A DNA stretch of 64,000 nucleotides from Actinomycetota bacterium (GTDB lineage Bacteria > Actinomycetota > UBA4738 > HRBIN12): the NCBI GenBank assembly GCA_035762085.1, contig DASTPT010000033.1:292-64291 (forward strand). The letters run 5' to 3'. The position numbers were made by a program, and so were the translations under genes. Below the pieces are notes generated by a model. That model had not been told where the DNA came from and ran no database searches. It saw only the letters and a program-made list of their open reading frames with translations. Of the stretch, positions 42,222 to 53,292 are shown one piece after another; positions within the stretch are counted from its first letter, which is position 1; each line of letters starts with the position of its first letter.

Positions 42222-42836
42222 ATGACCGTGGAGCTGCTGGAGGACGGCAGGAAGCGGATCCGCGCGCCGCTCACCGACGAGGACGTCCGTCAGCTCGAGG
42301 CCGGTGACGTGGTGCTGATCTCGGGCGTGATGTACGCGGCGCGCGACGCCGCGCACAAGCTCCTCGTCGAGATGCTCAACGCCGGGCGGGAGCTGCCGTT
42401 CGACCCGACCGGGCAGATCGTCTACTACGTCGGCCCGTCGCCCGAGAAGCCGGGCCACGCGATCGGCTCGGCCGGGCCGACCACTGCGAGCCGGATGGAT
42501 ACGTACACGCCCCGGATGCTCCAGGTCGGGCTGAAAGGGATCGTCGGCAAGGGCGGCCGAGGACCGGCGGTGCGCGAGGCGCTGCAGAAGCACACGGGCG
42601 TCTACATGGCCGCGCTCGGCGGTGGGGGCGCGCTCGCGGCGCTCCAGATCCGTGCCCAGAAGGTCATCGCGTTCCCCGAGCTCGGCCCGGAGGCGATCCG
42701 CCAGATGGAGGTCGAGGACTTCCCGGTCTGGGTCATCGACGACTGCCGTGGGCAGGACTTCTACGGCCAGGCGGTGGCGCCCTGGCGCAAGGACGACCTG
42801 CTCCCCGAGGAGTTCCGCCTGCCGGCGAACGCGTAG
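42222..42836 (+). CDS. fumB: Class I (Fe-S) fumarate hydratase, beta subunit.
   Basis: 204 aa. LISGVMYAARDAAHK..., GKGGRGPAVREAL. Confidence 0.88.
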   Translation: MTVELLEDGRKRIRAPLTDEDVRQLEAGDVVLISGVMYAARDAAHKLLVEMLNAGRELPFDPTGQIVYYVGPSPEKPGHAIGSAGPTTASRMDTYTPRMLQVGLKGIVGKGGRGPAVREALQKHTGVYMAALGGGGALAALQIRAQKVIAFPELGPEAIRQMEVEDFPVWVIDDCRGQDFYGQAVAPWRKDDLLPEEFRLPANA

Positions 42837-42873
42837 CCGGCCGATCGCCGGATCGGCGTAGCATCGGAACGCG

Positions 42874-43038
42874 ATGGGCGACGCACCCGAGAGACCGGGC
42901 CCGCGCAGCTTCTTCACGAACTGGCGCGAGTACGACGGCTCGTTCGGGCGGAAGCTGCAGCTCACGATGCGGAACCGGACGCGGGCGATCCTCCTGCTGA
43001 AGGGGTGCTGCGGACACCCGGGCGAACCCGGATGCTGA
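42874..43038 (+). CDS. Candidate 54-aa ORF MGDAPERPGPRSFFTNWREYDGSFGRKLQLTMRNRTRAILLLKGCCGHPGEPGC with Cys-rich C-terminus (hypothetical).
   Basis: Hand-translated; not in the track. Weak GGAA RBS. Sits alone in the 260-bp gap after fumB. Confidence 0.25.
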   Translation: MGDAPERPGPRSFFTNWREYDGSFGRKLQLTMRNRTRAILLLKGCCGHPGEPGC

Positions 43039-43096
43039 CAGGTCCCTTCCGGGGACCCCGGTCGGGGTCCGGAGGCGGATCACCCGCACTGACGCG

Positions 43097-43309
43097 CTAC
43101 CGCTTCGATCGCGTCTTCGGGCGAGGCTTCGCGATCACGCGAACGCTGCCCGCGCTCGGCGTGAACGTCGACTCGTGGCCGTCCTCCCACCGGACCCGGT
43201 AGCGCACGCCTACCTCGCCCTGGATGACCTCCAAGACCTCCCCCTCGCGCGTGGGGGTTCCGACGGTCTCGGACTCGACGACGATGTGGTCACCGACCTT
43301 CGCCTGCAT
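43097..43309 (-). CDS. DUF1918-like small protein.
   Basis: 70 aa. MQAKVGDHIVVESETVGTPTREGEVLEV...YRVRWEDGHESTFTP. Confidence 0.6.
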   Translation of the reverse strand: MQAKVGDHIVVESETVGTPTREGEVLEVIQGEVGVRYRVRWEDGHESTFTPSAGSVRVIAKPRPKTRSKR

Positions 43310-43409
43310 CTCGCCCTCCGTCAGCGTCGACCGACAGCATGGTTGTACCTCGGAGCGGGGCGGAGCGCGAGTCCGCCGGTCCCGCGGCCGAGAGGGCCTT
43401 CGTCCGATG

Positions 43410-44212
43410 TCAGAAGCGGTCGAACAGGATCGAGCGCTTCACGTCCTGGATCGCCTTCGTGACCTCGATCCCGCGCGGGCACGCCTCCGTGCAGTTGAAC
43501 GTCGTCCGGCACCGGAACACGCCGGTCTTGTCCGACAGGATCTGCAGCCGCTCCTTCGCCGCCTGGTCGCGCGAGTCGTAGATGAACCGGTGCGCCTGGA
43601 CGATCGCGGCGGGCCCGACGTACTCCTCGTCGCCCCAGAAGATCGGGCAGGACGTCGTGCAGCACGCGCACAGGATGCACTTCGTCGTGTCGTCGAAGCG
43701 GTGCCGGTCTTCGGGCGACTGGAGCCGTTCGCGGTCGGGGTCGCCCTCGTCGTTGATCAGATACGGGAGCACCGACCGGTAGCCAGCGAAGAACGGCTCC
43801 ATGTCGACGATCAGGTCCTTCAGCACCGGGAGGCCGCGGATCGGCTCGACGGTGACCTTCGGGACCACGTCGCGGACCAGGACCTTGCACGCCAGCCGGT
43901 TCGCCCCGTTCACCATGACGGCGTCCGAGCCGCAGATCGCGTGCGCGCACGAGCGCCGCAGCGCGAGCGTGCCGTCGTGGTACCACTTCACGGTATGCAG
44001 GGCGTCGAGGAGCCGGTCGTTGGGGTCGGCCTCCACCGTGAACTCGTCCCACCACGACTCGTCGCCGCGCAGCTCGGGGTTGTAGCGGCGGATCTTCAGC
44101 GTGAGGCTGACCCTGCCGGACCCCCCGGCCTGACGCTGGTCGGAGCCCTCGAGCACATCGCCCACGGACCCGTTCATCTGCCCTACCGCCTCCGCTCCTC
44201 GAGGGCTCGCCA

Positions 44213-44213
<1 letters not shown>
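43410..44213 (-). CDS. sdhB: Succinate dehydrogenase iron-sulfur subunit.
   Basis: CAHAICGSDAVMVNG, CILCACCTTSCP, CTEACPRGI clusters. ATGA overlap with sdhA. Confidence 0.93.
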
Positions 44214-45945
<1,732 letters not shown>

Positions 45946-45949
<4 letters not shown>

Positions 45950-46392
45950 ACGGCACCCGACCATCTGCTGGGGTCGAACGTGAACACCACGACCGTGCCC
46001 AGCACGAAGAGGATGAAGCCCAAGGTGTAGAAGACCATGTTGACCGCGAACCGCGCCCCGGGGGGTCGCACGTAGTCCTGGACGACGACGCGCAGGCCGT
46101 TGATCCCGTGGATCAGCGCGAGCGACAGCATCGCCCAGTCCCACGATTGCCAGAACACGTCGTCCCAGCGGACCGCGACGAACTCGAAGTTGACGCGGTC
46201 GATCCCCTCGTCGAGCACGTGCATGATCAGCACGTGGCCGACGGCCAGGAACAGCAGCACCACGCCCGAGATCCGCATGAACAGCCACGCCCACAGCTCG
46301 AAGCCGCCGGCCGGCCGCTCGCGCGTGCCCCGCGTGCCGAGGACGCCGCGGGGCGCCTGGATCTCCGTCCGCTCCTCCGTGTGGGCCGACAT
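45946..46392 (-). CDS. sdhD: Succinate dehydrogenase hydrophobic membrane anchor subunit.
   Basis: 148 aa. 3 TM. Overlaps sdhA and sdhC by 1-4 nt. Confidence 0.7.
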
Positions 46393-46787
46393 CACAGCCA
46401 CCCCACGAGCTCGAGCGTGCCCTTGATGATGATCCAGGAGATCGGGATCATGGCCAGCACGAAGATGCCGGTCGACAGCAGCGAGAGCTGCTTCATGTAG
46501 CGTGTCGTGTTCGGCCAGAAGTCGAAGAGCATGATCTTCACGCCGTTGAGCGCGTGGTACAGCACCGCGGCCACCAGCCCGAGCTCGAGCAGCCGCACGA
46601 ACCAGTTCTGGTAGACGGACTCGACACGGTCGTAGGCCTCGGGGCCCCAACCGATGATGGCCGTGTCCACGATGTGGACGAACAGGAACAGGACGATCGC
46701 CACGCCGGTGATCCGGTGGGCGAGCCACGACCACTGTCCCGGGCTTCCCCTGTAGAGGGTTCCGACGTCCGACTTGCGCTTCGCCAC
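46392..46787 (-). CDS. sdhC: Succinate dehydrogenase cytochrome b subunit.
   Basis: 131 aa. [24 protein letters not shown] start with GGGGGGA RBS. Confidence 0.75.
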   Translation of the reverse strand: MAKRKSDVGTLYRGSPGQWSWLAHRITGVAIVLFLFVHIVDTAIIGWGPEAYDRVESVYQNWFVRLLELGLVAAVLYHALNGVKIMLFDFWPNTTRYMKQLSLLSTGIFVLAMIPISWIIIKGTLELVGWL

Positions 46788-46964
46788 GTGCGTCCCCCCG
46801 TTCGCCGCGTTGCGTTCCCTCGTAATGTAACGCGCCCCGCGGAGTCCCCGGTGGCCGCGGCGTCTCCGCGGCCCGCAGCCCCCACTCCACTGCGTCGATC
46901 ACCGCGCCCTTATGGGCTTCGGTCCCGAGGCGCTCGGGCCCCCGGACCCCTCGATGACCTGGGG

Positions 46965-47600
46965 TCAGGCGACGCGCAGGGCGACCATGAGGCCGTCGCG
47001 CGTGGGAACGATCGTATGCAGGTACCGCTCGTCCTCGGCGATCAGGGCGTTGTGCTCGAGGACGGCCCGTGTGTCGGCACGTGCCGGCTCGGCCTCGGTC
47101 ACGCGGCCGTACCACAGGACGTTGTCGCACAGGTAGAGGCCGCCGACGCGGACGCGGTCGCGGGCGGCGAGCCACGCGTCCGGGTAGCCGTCCTTGTCGA
47201 TGTCGTTGTAGACGACGTCGAACTCGCCCTCGGCGGCGTTCAGGTGTCGGACGGCGTCGCCAACGTGCCACCGGACCGCCCCGTCCAGGCCGGCGCGTCG
47301 CAGGTAGGCGAGGGCCTTCGGCTCGTTCGCCGGGTCGCCGTCGGTGCAGTGGACCTCGCCGTCCGTGCCGACCGCCCGGGCGAACCAGTAGGCCGAGTAC
47401 CCGTAGCCCGAGCCGAGCTCGAACACCCGGCGGGCGCCCACGCCGCGCGCGAGCACCTCGACGGCCGATCCGACGAGCCGGCCGACGATCGGGAAGCCGT
47501 TGCCGCGGGCCTCCTCCTCCATCTCGAGCAGCACGGCCTCGTCGTGCCGTACCAGGAGCGATCCCATGTACGTCTCGATGCGCGGATCCACGATGTCCAT
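46965..47600 (-). CDS. Class I SAM-dependent O-methyltransferase (caffeoyl-CoA OMT-like).
   Basis: C-terminal 211 aa of the 1124-aa track [31 protein letters not shown]. The remainder of the ORF is antisense to the mutase gene. Confidence 0.75.
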   Translation of the reverse strand: MDIVDPRIETYMGSLLVRHDEAVLLEMEEEARGNGFPIVGRLVGSAVEVLARGVGARRVFELGSGYGYSAYWFARAVGTDGEVHCTDGDPANEPKALAYLRRAGLDGAVRWHVGDAVRHLNAAEGEFDVVYNDIDKDGYPDAWLAARDRVRVGGLYLCDNVLWYGRVTEAEPARADTRAVLEHNALIAEDERYLHTIVPTRDGLMVALRVA

Positions 47601-47633
47601 GGCGTTGCATGCTATCCCGCTACGCTGTGGCGC

Positions 47634-49217
47634 ATGACCGAGGAGCGGCGCGTCACGGACTCGGGCATCGAGCTGCACCCGCTGTACGGTCCCGAGGACC
47701 TGCGCGAGCTCGACCCGACCCGGGACCTCGGCGCGCCGGGGGAGCCGCCGTTCACGCGCGGTCCGTACCCGAGCATGTACCGCGGCCGGCCGTGGACGAT
47801 GCGCCAGTACGCGGGGATGGGCACCGCCGCGCAGACGAACGCCCGATTCCGCTACCTGCTGGAGCACGGTCAGACGGGGCTCTCGGTCGCGTTCGACCTG
47901 CCCACGCAGATGGGCTACGACTCCGACCATCCGCGCGCCGAGGGCGAGGTCGGCCGGACCGGGGTGGCGATCGACACGATCGAGGACCTGCGACGGCTGT
48001 TCGAGGGGATCCCGCTCGACCGGGTCTCGACCTCGATGACGATCAACGCGACCGCGCCGACCCTGCTGCTCCTGTACGAGCTCGTCGCGGAGGAGCAGGG
48101 CGTCGCCCCGTCCGAGCTCTCGGGCACGGTCCAGAACGACATCCTGAAGGAGTACGCGGCGCGGGGGACGTACATCTACCCGCCGCAGCCCTCGATGCGG
48201 CTGGTCACGGACCTGTTCGGGTACTGCGGCGAGCGCATCCCACGCTGGAACACCATCTCGATCAGCGGTTACCACATGCGCGAGGCGGGGGCGACCGCCG
48301 TCCAGGAGGTCGCGTTCACGCTCGCGAACGGCATCGCCTACGTGCAGGCGGCGCTCGACGCCGGGCTGGAGCTCGACGTGTTCGCGCCACGGCTGTCGTT
48401 CTTCTTCGCCTGCCACATGCACTTCTTCGAGGAGGTCGCGAAGTTCCGCGCGGCGCGGCGCCTGTGGGCCCGGATCATGACCGAGCGCTTCGGGGCCACC
48501 GACCCCCGGAGCCTGGCGCTGCGCTTCCACACCCAGACCGGCGGCGCGACGCTCACGGCGCAGCAGCCGCAGAACAACGTCGTCCGCACCTCGCTCGAGG
48601 CGCTGTCGGCGGTGCTCGGGGGGACCCAGTCGCTGCACACCAACTCGTTCGATGAGGCGCTGGCGCTGCCCACCGAGCAGGCCGCGAAGCTCGCGCTCCG
48701 CACGCAGCAGGTCCTGGCGCTCGAGACGGGGATCTCGAACGTGGCCGACCCGCTCGGAGGCGCCTACTTCGTCGAGGCGCTCACGACCGAGCTCGAGTCG
48801 CGTGCCGACGAGTACCTGGAGCGGATCGACGGGATGGGAGGCGCGATCGGCGCGATCGAACGGGGGTTCTTCCAGGACGAGATCCACGAGGCCGCCTTCC
48901 GCCTGCAGCGGGCGGTCGAGTCGGGGGAACGCGTCGTCGTCGGCGTGAACCGCTTCGAGGAGCCGGAGGAGCGTTCCGTCCTGATCCAGCGGATCGACGA
49001 CGACGAGGTCGCGCGGCAGGTCGGGCGTCTCCACCGCGTCCGTGAGGAGCGGGACGGCGCCGTCGTCGAGCGCGCCCTCGCGGAGGTCGAGGCCGCGGCC
49101 CGCGGCACGGAGAACCTGCTCCCGCCGATGCGGGAGGCGTTGCGTGCCCGAGCCACGCTGGGCGAGGTCTCGGACGTGCTCCGCCGCGTCTTCGGCGAGC
49201 ACCGCGTCTCGCGCTGA
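47634..49217 (+). CDS. Methylmalonyl-CoA mutase family catalytic (large) subunit lacking a B12-binding domain.
   Basis: 527 aa. [61 protein letters not shown]. Ends before the B12 domain. Confidence 0.9.
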   Translation: MTEERRVTDSGIELHPLYGPEDLRELDPTRDLGAPGEPPFTRGPYPSMYRGRPWTMRQYAGMGTAAQTNARFRYLLEHGQTGLSVAFDLPTQMGYDSDHPRAEGEVGRTGVAIDTIEDLRRLFEGIPLDRVSTSMTINATAPTLLLLYELVAEEQGVAPSELSGTVQNDILKEYAARGTYIYPPQPSMRLVTDLFGYCGERIPRWNTISISGYHMREAGATAVQEVAFTLANGIAYVQAALDAGLELDVFAPRLSFFFACHMHFFEEVAKFRAARRLWARIMTERFGATDPRSLALRFHTQTGGATLTAQQPQNNVVRTSLEALSAVLGGTQSLHTNSFDEALALPTEQAAKLALRTQQVLALETGISNVADPLGGAYFVEALTTELESRADEYLERIDGMGGAIGAIERGFFQDEIHEAAFRLQRAVESGERVVVGVNRFEEPEERSVLIQRIDDDEVARQVGRLHRVREERDGAVVERALAEVEAAARGTENLLPPMREALRARATLGEVSDVLRRVFGEHRVSR

Positions 49218-49352
49218 TAGGCGGGGAGCGCGCACACCTTCACCCAGGTGGAAGCTATGCAAGAGTCCGTAGAACCTCGTCAGGTCGCACCGTTTCGGGT
49301 ATCGTCCCTCCCGTTGGCGGAACGACCGCCACGGAACGGAAGGAGAATGGCG

Positions 49353-50024
49353 ATGCGGAAGCGGTTCTTCGGACTCGCGGTGGCGGCGTCCTTGGCGATC
49401 TCGGCGATCTTCGTCGGGACGGCGAGCGCGGCCTCCAAGGCCAGGCTGAACGTGGTGCACGGGATCCCCGGCGTCGACGTGAACGTCTGCGTCAACGGCA
49501 CCGAGGCCATCCCCGACTTCAACCCCGGCGAGGTCGTCACGGGCGTTGCGCTCGCCGCGGGCACGTACGACCTGAAGATCGTCGCGCAGGCCGACGACTG
49601 CGCAGACCCGGCGATCCTGTCGGCCAACGACGTCGAGCTGATGGCGGGCAAGAACTACAGCGCCGTCGCACACCTCGACGAGGGCGGCGACCCGACGCTC
49701 GCGCTGTTCAGGAACAACGTCAAGGCGCTCCCGAAGGGCACGGCTCGCCTGACCGTGCGCCACGCGGCCGCGGCCCCCGAGGTCGACGTGTGGGCGAACG
49801 GCTCGGTCCTGCTCCGAGACGTCCCGAACGGCGCATCGGCCACGATGAAGGTCCCGACCGGCGTCTACGCGACCTGGGTGTCGCTGCCGGACAAGTACCA
49901 GCCGGTCATCGGCCCCGACGTGTTCAAGCTGCGCAAGGGCATGGCCTACCAGGTGTACGCCTGGGGCAACGGTACGGCGGGCTTCGACTTCGCGGTCGTC
50001 GCGATCGAGGTCGGCGTCAAGTAA
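49353..50024 (+). CDS. Secreted DUF4397-like protein.
   Basis: GGAAGGAG RBS. Signal peptide MRKRFFGLAVAASLAISAIFVGTASAAS. Repeat halves. Confidence 0.6.
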   Translation: MRKRFFGLAVAASLAISAIFVGTASAASKARLNVVHGIPGVDVNVCVNGTEAIPDFNPGEVVTGVALAAGTYDLKIVAQADDCADPAILSANDVELMAGKNYSAVAHLDEGGDPTLALFRNNVKALPKGTARLTVRHAAAAPEVDVWANGSVLLRDVPNGASATMKVPTGVYATWVSLPDKYQPVIGPDVFKLRKGMAYQVYAWGNGTAGFDFAVVAIEVGVK

Positions 50025-50039
50025 CGCCCGAACGTCCCG

Positions 50040-50092
50040 CTGCGGCCCGGCCGGGTGGACCCGGCCGGGCCGCAGCCTTCGGCTAGGCTTGC
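50040..50092 (+). terminator. Intrinsic terminator: 16-17-bp perfect stem CTGCGGCCCGGCCGGG-tgga-CCCGGCCGGGCCGCAG followed by ccttcggctaggctt.
   Basis: Immediately after the DUF4397 stop; weak U-tract. Confidence 0.6.
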
Positions 50093-50097
50093 CGGCC

Positions 50098-50787
50098 ATG
50101 GACATCTCAGTGATCGGCGGGACGGGCGAGGAGGGGTTCGGCCTCACGCTGCGTCTCGCCCGCGCAGGCGAGCACGTGATCATCGGCTCGCGCTCGGCCG
50201 AGAAGGGCGCGACCACCGCGGACAAGGCCGTCGAGATCCTCGGCGGCGACGCGAAGGTGAGCGGGACGACGAACGAGGAGGCCGCCGAGCGCGGCGACGT
50301 GGTCTTCGTCACGGTCCCGTTCGGCGGACAGGCGGACATCTACCGGGCGGTCAAGGCCCACGTCGCGGCCGGGAAGATCGTCGTCGACTGCACGAGCCCG
50401 CTCGCGACGGCGGTCGGCGGCCGCGCGTGGCACGTGGTCCGGCCGTGGCACGGCTCGGCCGCGGAGCAGGCGAAGGCGATCCTCGACCCCGGCGTGAAGA
50501 TGGTGGCCGCGTTCCACACCGTGAGCGGCGAGCAGCTGCAGGACCTGTCGCGTCCGATGGACAGCGACGTGTTCGTCTGCGGCACCGACAAGGAGGCGAA
50601 GGCGACGGTCGGCGAGCTGATCGACCGGATCCCGGAGCTGCGGTGGGTGGACGCGGGCGACCTGACCCAGGCGCGGATCGTCGAGACGATGACCGCGCTG
50701 CTGATCTCGGTGAACCGTGCGTACAAGATCCACGACGCGGGGTTCCGGGTGACCGGGCGCGACGCCTGGGGTCGTCCGGGGGCATAG
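50098..50787 (+). CDS. NADPH-dependent F420 reductase-like NAD(P)-binding protein.
   Basis: MDISVIGGTGEEGFGLTLRLARAGEHVIIGSRSAEKG... Track start TTG at 50089; ATG at 50098 preferred. Confidence 0.7.
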   Translation: MDISVIGGTGEEGFGLTLRLARAGEHVIIGSRSAEKGATTADKAVEILGGDAKVSGTTNEEAAERGDVVFVTVPFGGQADIYRAVKAHVAAGKIVVDCTSPLATAVGGRAWHVVRPWHGSAAEQAKAILDPGVKMVAAFHTVSGEQLQDLSRPMDSDVFVCGTDKEAKATVGELIDRIPELRWVDAGDLTQARIVETMTALLISVNRAYKIHDAGFRVTGRDAWGRPGA

Positions 50788-50819
50788 CTCGTCTCGCGGG
50801 TAGGGCGTCGGCGTGCTGC

Positions 50820-51566
50820 TCAGCGCACGTCGGCGGGTGAGCCCTCGGACGGCCGCGGCCGGCCGGCCAGACGCGAGCCGGCGACACGGTGGATCCCGTA
50901 CGCCAGCCCGAGGACGATCAGCACGTCGCCCACGCTGACGACGTTGGCGAACGGCAGCCAGGACGGCGTCGGGACGACGTCGCCGAGGAAGAGCAGCTTC
51001 GGGTCCGCCAGCACGGCGGCGTTCGTGAAGAGGTCCGGGTCGGTCGTGATCCCGGCGACCTCGAGCGCGCGCGCGGAGACGGGCATTACCCCGCCGTTCG
51101 CAAGGATCGCCGTTAGGTTGCACGCGGCGCCGAGCCCCACCACCCACATCCCGGGCACGTCCCGGTTCCGCCACACCCACGCGAGCCCGAGCGGGTAGGC
51201 CGCCACGTTGAGGGCGATGCGCCACGAGGTCTCCTCGCCGGGGAACGCGATGAGCACGACCTGGGCCCCGAGCGCGAGCCACAGGAGCCATGGTGACCGC
51301 AGCTGCAGGGTCCACAGGCGCCGCAGGCGGCCCCCCCCGAGCGGGACGAGCGCCACCGCGAGGACCAACAGCACGACGAGGATCACCGAGCAGCTCCGCT
51401 CCGTCCGGGTGTCGCCCAGCGTACCGGCGATGTCGCCGCGTCGGGACGCCCTCACGGGCGTCGGCGCGACATCCCACATCTGCTGTCCCCCGTCCGGGGG
51501 CCACGTCGCGAGCGGATGGCTACGGAGGATTGGTGCCCGCGACCGATGTGACGCCGGCCACGACAC
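50820..51566 (-). CDS. DUF5317-like membrane protein; start uncertain (internal ATG ~51482 possible).
   Basis: 4-5 TM, unknown function. Confidence 0.45.
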   Translation of the reverse strand: MSWPASHRSRAPILRSHPLATWPPDGGQQMWDVAPTPVRASRRGDIAGTLGDTRTERSCSVILVVLLVLAVALVPLGGGRLRRLWTLQLRSPWLLWLALGAQVVLIAFPGEETSWRIALNVAAYPLGLAWVWRNRDVPGMWVVGLGAACNLTAILANGGVMPVSARALEVAGITTDPDLFTNAAVLADPKLLFLGDVVPTPSWLPFANVVSVGDVLIVLGLAYGIHRVAGSRLAGRPRPSEGSPADVR

Positions 51567-51641
51567 CGGTACGGTGCACCTACGGACGAGCGCGGACGAC
51601 GGGTCCGCGCTGGCGCCGAAGGCGAAGGAGGTGACCGAGCG

Positions 51642-51734
51642 ATGAGGCAGAGGCTCCGCCGTCTCTGGTACTCGCCCGCGCTGCTCCTGGTGTTGGCCTT
51701 CGTCCTTGGGGCGCCGAAGAAGATCCCGCGCTGA
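51642..51734 (+). CDS. Candidate 30-aa hydrophobic peptide MRQRLRRLWYSPALLLVLAFVLGAPKKIPR upstream of the sensor kinase.
   Basis: Strong GAAGGAGGTGA RBS 6 nt upstream of the ATG. Preceded by the GCGCGGAC-gacgg-GTCCGCGC hairpin. Confidence 0.4.
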   Translation: MRQRLRRLWYSPALLLVLAFVLGAPKKIPR

Positions 51735-51792
51735 GCGCCGGAGCGCGTCCGAGCCTCAACCCCGCGGCCCGGGGAGCCGATTCACCGTACGG

Positions 51793-53292
51793 ATGAGCGC
51801 TGCACTGCCGTCCGCCGATGCCGTCAGCGCCCACCCCGACCGTGGGCGCCTGTTCGCCGCCGCCGTCTCGGTGGGGGGCCTCGCGGTCCTCGCCGCGCTC
51901 ATCCCGCGGATCGACACGGCGGCGATCCGCGCCGACCCCGCCGTGTTCTGGCTCTGCGCCGGACTGGCGATCGCCGGCGAGCTCCTGCCGATCCGGGCGC
52001 CGCGGGCGGGCCAGGTCGAGGAGATCGGGATCTCGACCACGTTCGGCATGGCGATCCTGTTGACGTTCGGCACGGCCGCCGCGGCGGCGGTGTTCGGGTT
52101 CGCGTCCCTCGTGGGCGACGTCGTGAACCGCAAGTCCCCGTGGAAGACCGTGTTCAACGTCGCGCAGTACGTGCTGTCCGTGGCGGCCGCGGGAGTCGTC
52201 TACACCATCCTCGGCGGGCCGCACGAGATGTCGGCGGCGGTGCTCGGCCCGCTCGCGCTGGCGGCGGCCGCGTTCCTGGCGGTGAACGACGGGCTCACCG
52301 GGACCGCCATCGCGCTCTCGCGGGGGGTGTCGATCCGGGCGTACCTGCTGGACGACCTGGTGTTCCAGGCGGCGACCGCGGCGGCCCTGTGCGCCCTCGC
52401 GCCCGTCGTGGTCGTGCTGGCCGAGACCGATGTGTGGCTGGTCCCGCTGATGGTGGTGCCGGTCGCGGCCGTCTACCTGGGCGCGACCGCCTCGCTCCAC
52501 AACACCGAGCTCGTCCACCGGCTGGAGCGCGCGCTCGAGCAGGAGAAGGAGCTCGGCCGCATGAAGGACGACTTCGCCGCGGTCGTCTCGCACGAGCTCC
52601 GGACGCCGCTCACCTCGATCCAGGGCTACATCAAGACGGTGCTCCAGCTCGGCTCGCGGCTCGCGGACCGGGAGGAGCGCTCGTTCCTCGAGGCGGCCGA
52701 CCGTCAGAGCGAGCGGCTGCGCCGGCTGATCGACCAGTTGCTCGCGGTCTCCCGGCTGGAGTCCGAGGTCGAGCCGCTCACGCTCACGCCGGTCTCCGTC
52801 CCCGACGTCGCGCGCCACGTGGTCGAGGAGCTCAAGGCGAGCGGGCACGGCCAGACGTTCGACCTGCGGTTCGAGCCCGATCTGCGGATCGTCGAGACCG
52901 ACGAGGGCAAGGTGTACCAGATCGTCTCGAACCTGGTCGAGAACGGGCTGAAGTACTCGCCCCCCGACACGAAGATCACCGTGCGCGGCGCGGGGATGGG
53001 CGACGGCGTCGTCGTCTCGGTCGAGAACGAGGGGGACGGCATCCCCGAGGACGCGCAGGAGCGGATCTTCGACCGCTTCTACCAGGTGGACAGCTCGGCC
53101 ACGCGAAGCGTCGGCGGCACGGGGCTCGGGCTGTACATCTGCCGGAAGCTGGCCGACGCGATCGGCGGGCGTCTGTGGCTCGAGCGCAGCGGACCCGACG
53201 GGACGGTGTTCCGGCTGTGGATACCCGACGGCCCCCCCGCCGCGGCGGAGGACGCCGACCCACCCACCGTGGAGGCCGGCGTCAGTCGATGA
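51793..53292 (+). CDS. Sensor histidine kinase with ~8-TM N-terminal sensor domain (orphan: no response regulator adjacent).
   Basis: HisKA VVSHELRTPLTSIQGY. HATPase N/G boxes VSNLVENGLKYS, DRFYQVD, GGTGLGLYICRKLA. Confidence 0.85.
   Translation: MSAALPSADAVSAHPDRGRLFAAAVSVGGLAVLAALIPRIDTAAIRADPAVFWLCAGLAIAGELLPIRAPRAGQVEEIGISTTFGMAILLTFGTAAAAAVFGFASLVGDVVNRKSPWKTVFNVAQYVLSVAAAGVVYTILGGPHEMSAAVLGPLALAAAAFLAVNDGLTGTAIALSRGVSIRAYLLDDLVFQAATAAALCALAPVVVVLAETDVWLVPLMVVPVAAVYLGATASLHNTELVHRLERALEQEKELGRMKDDFAAVVSHELRTPLTSIQGYIKTVLQLGSRLADREERSFLEAADRQSERLRRLIDQLLAVSRLESEVEPLTLTPVSVPDVARHVVEELKASGHGQTFDLRFEPDLRIVETDEGKVYQIVSNLVENGLKYSPPDTKITVRGAGMGDGVVVSVENEGDGIPEDAQERIFDRFYQVDSSATRSVGGTGLGLYICRKLADAIGGRLWLERSGPDGTVFRLWIPDGPPAAAEDADPPTVEAGVSR

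Noticed and set aside
46965-50339. 1124-aa reverse-strand ORF.
   Set aside because: Only the C-terminal 211 aa (O-methyltransferase, 46965..47600) is real. The rest is antisense to the methylmalonyl-CoA mutase catalytic-subunit gene and the DUF4397 gene.
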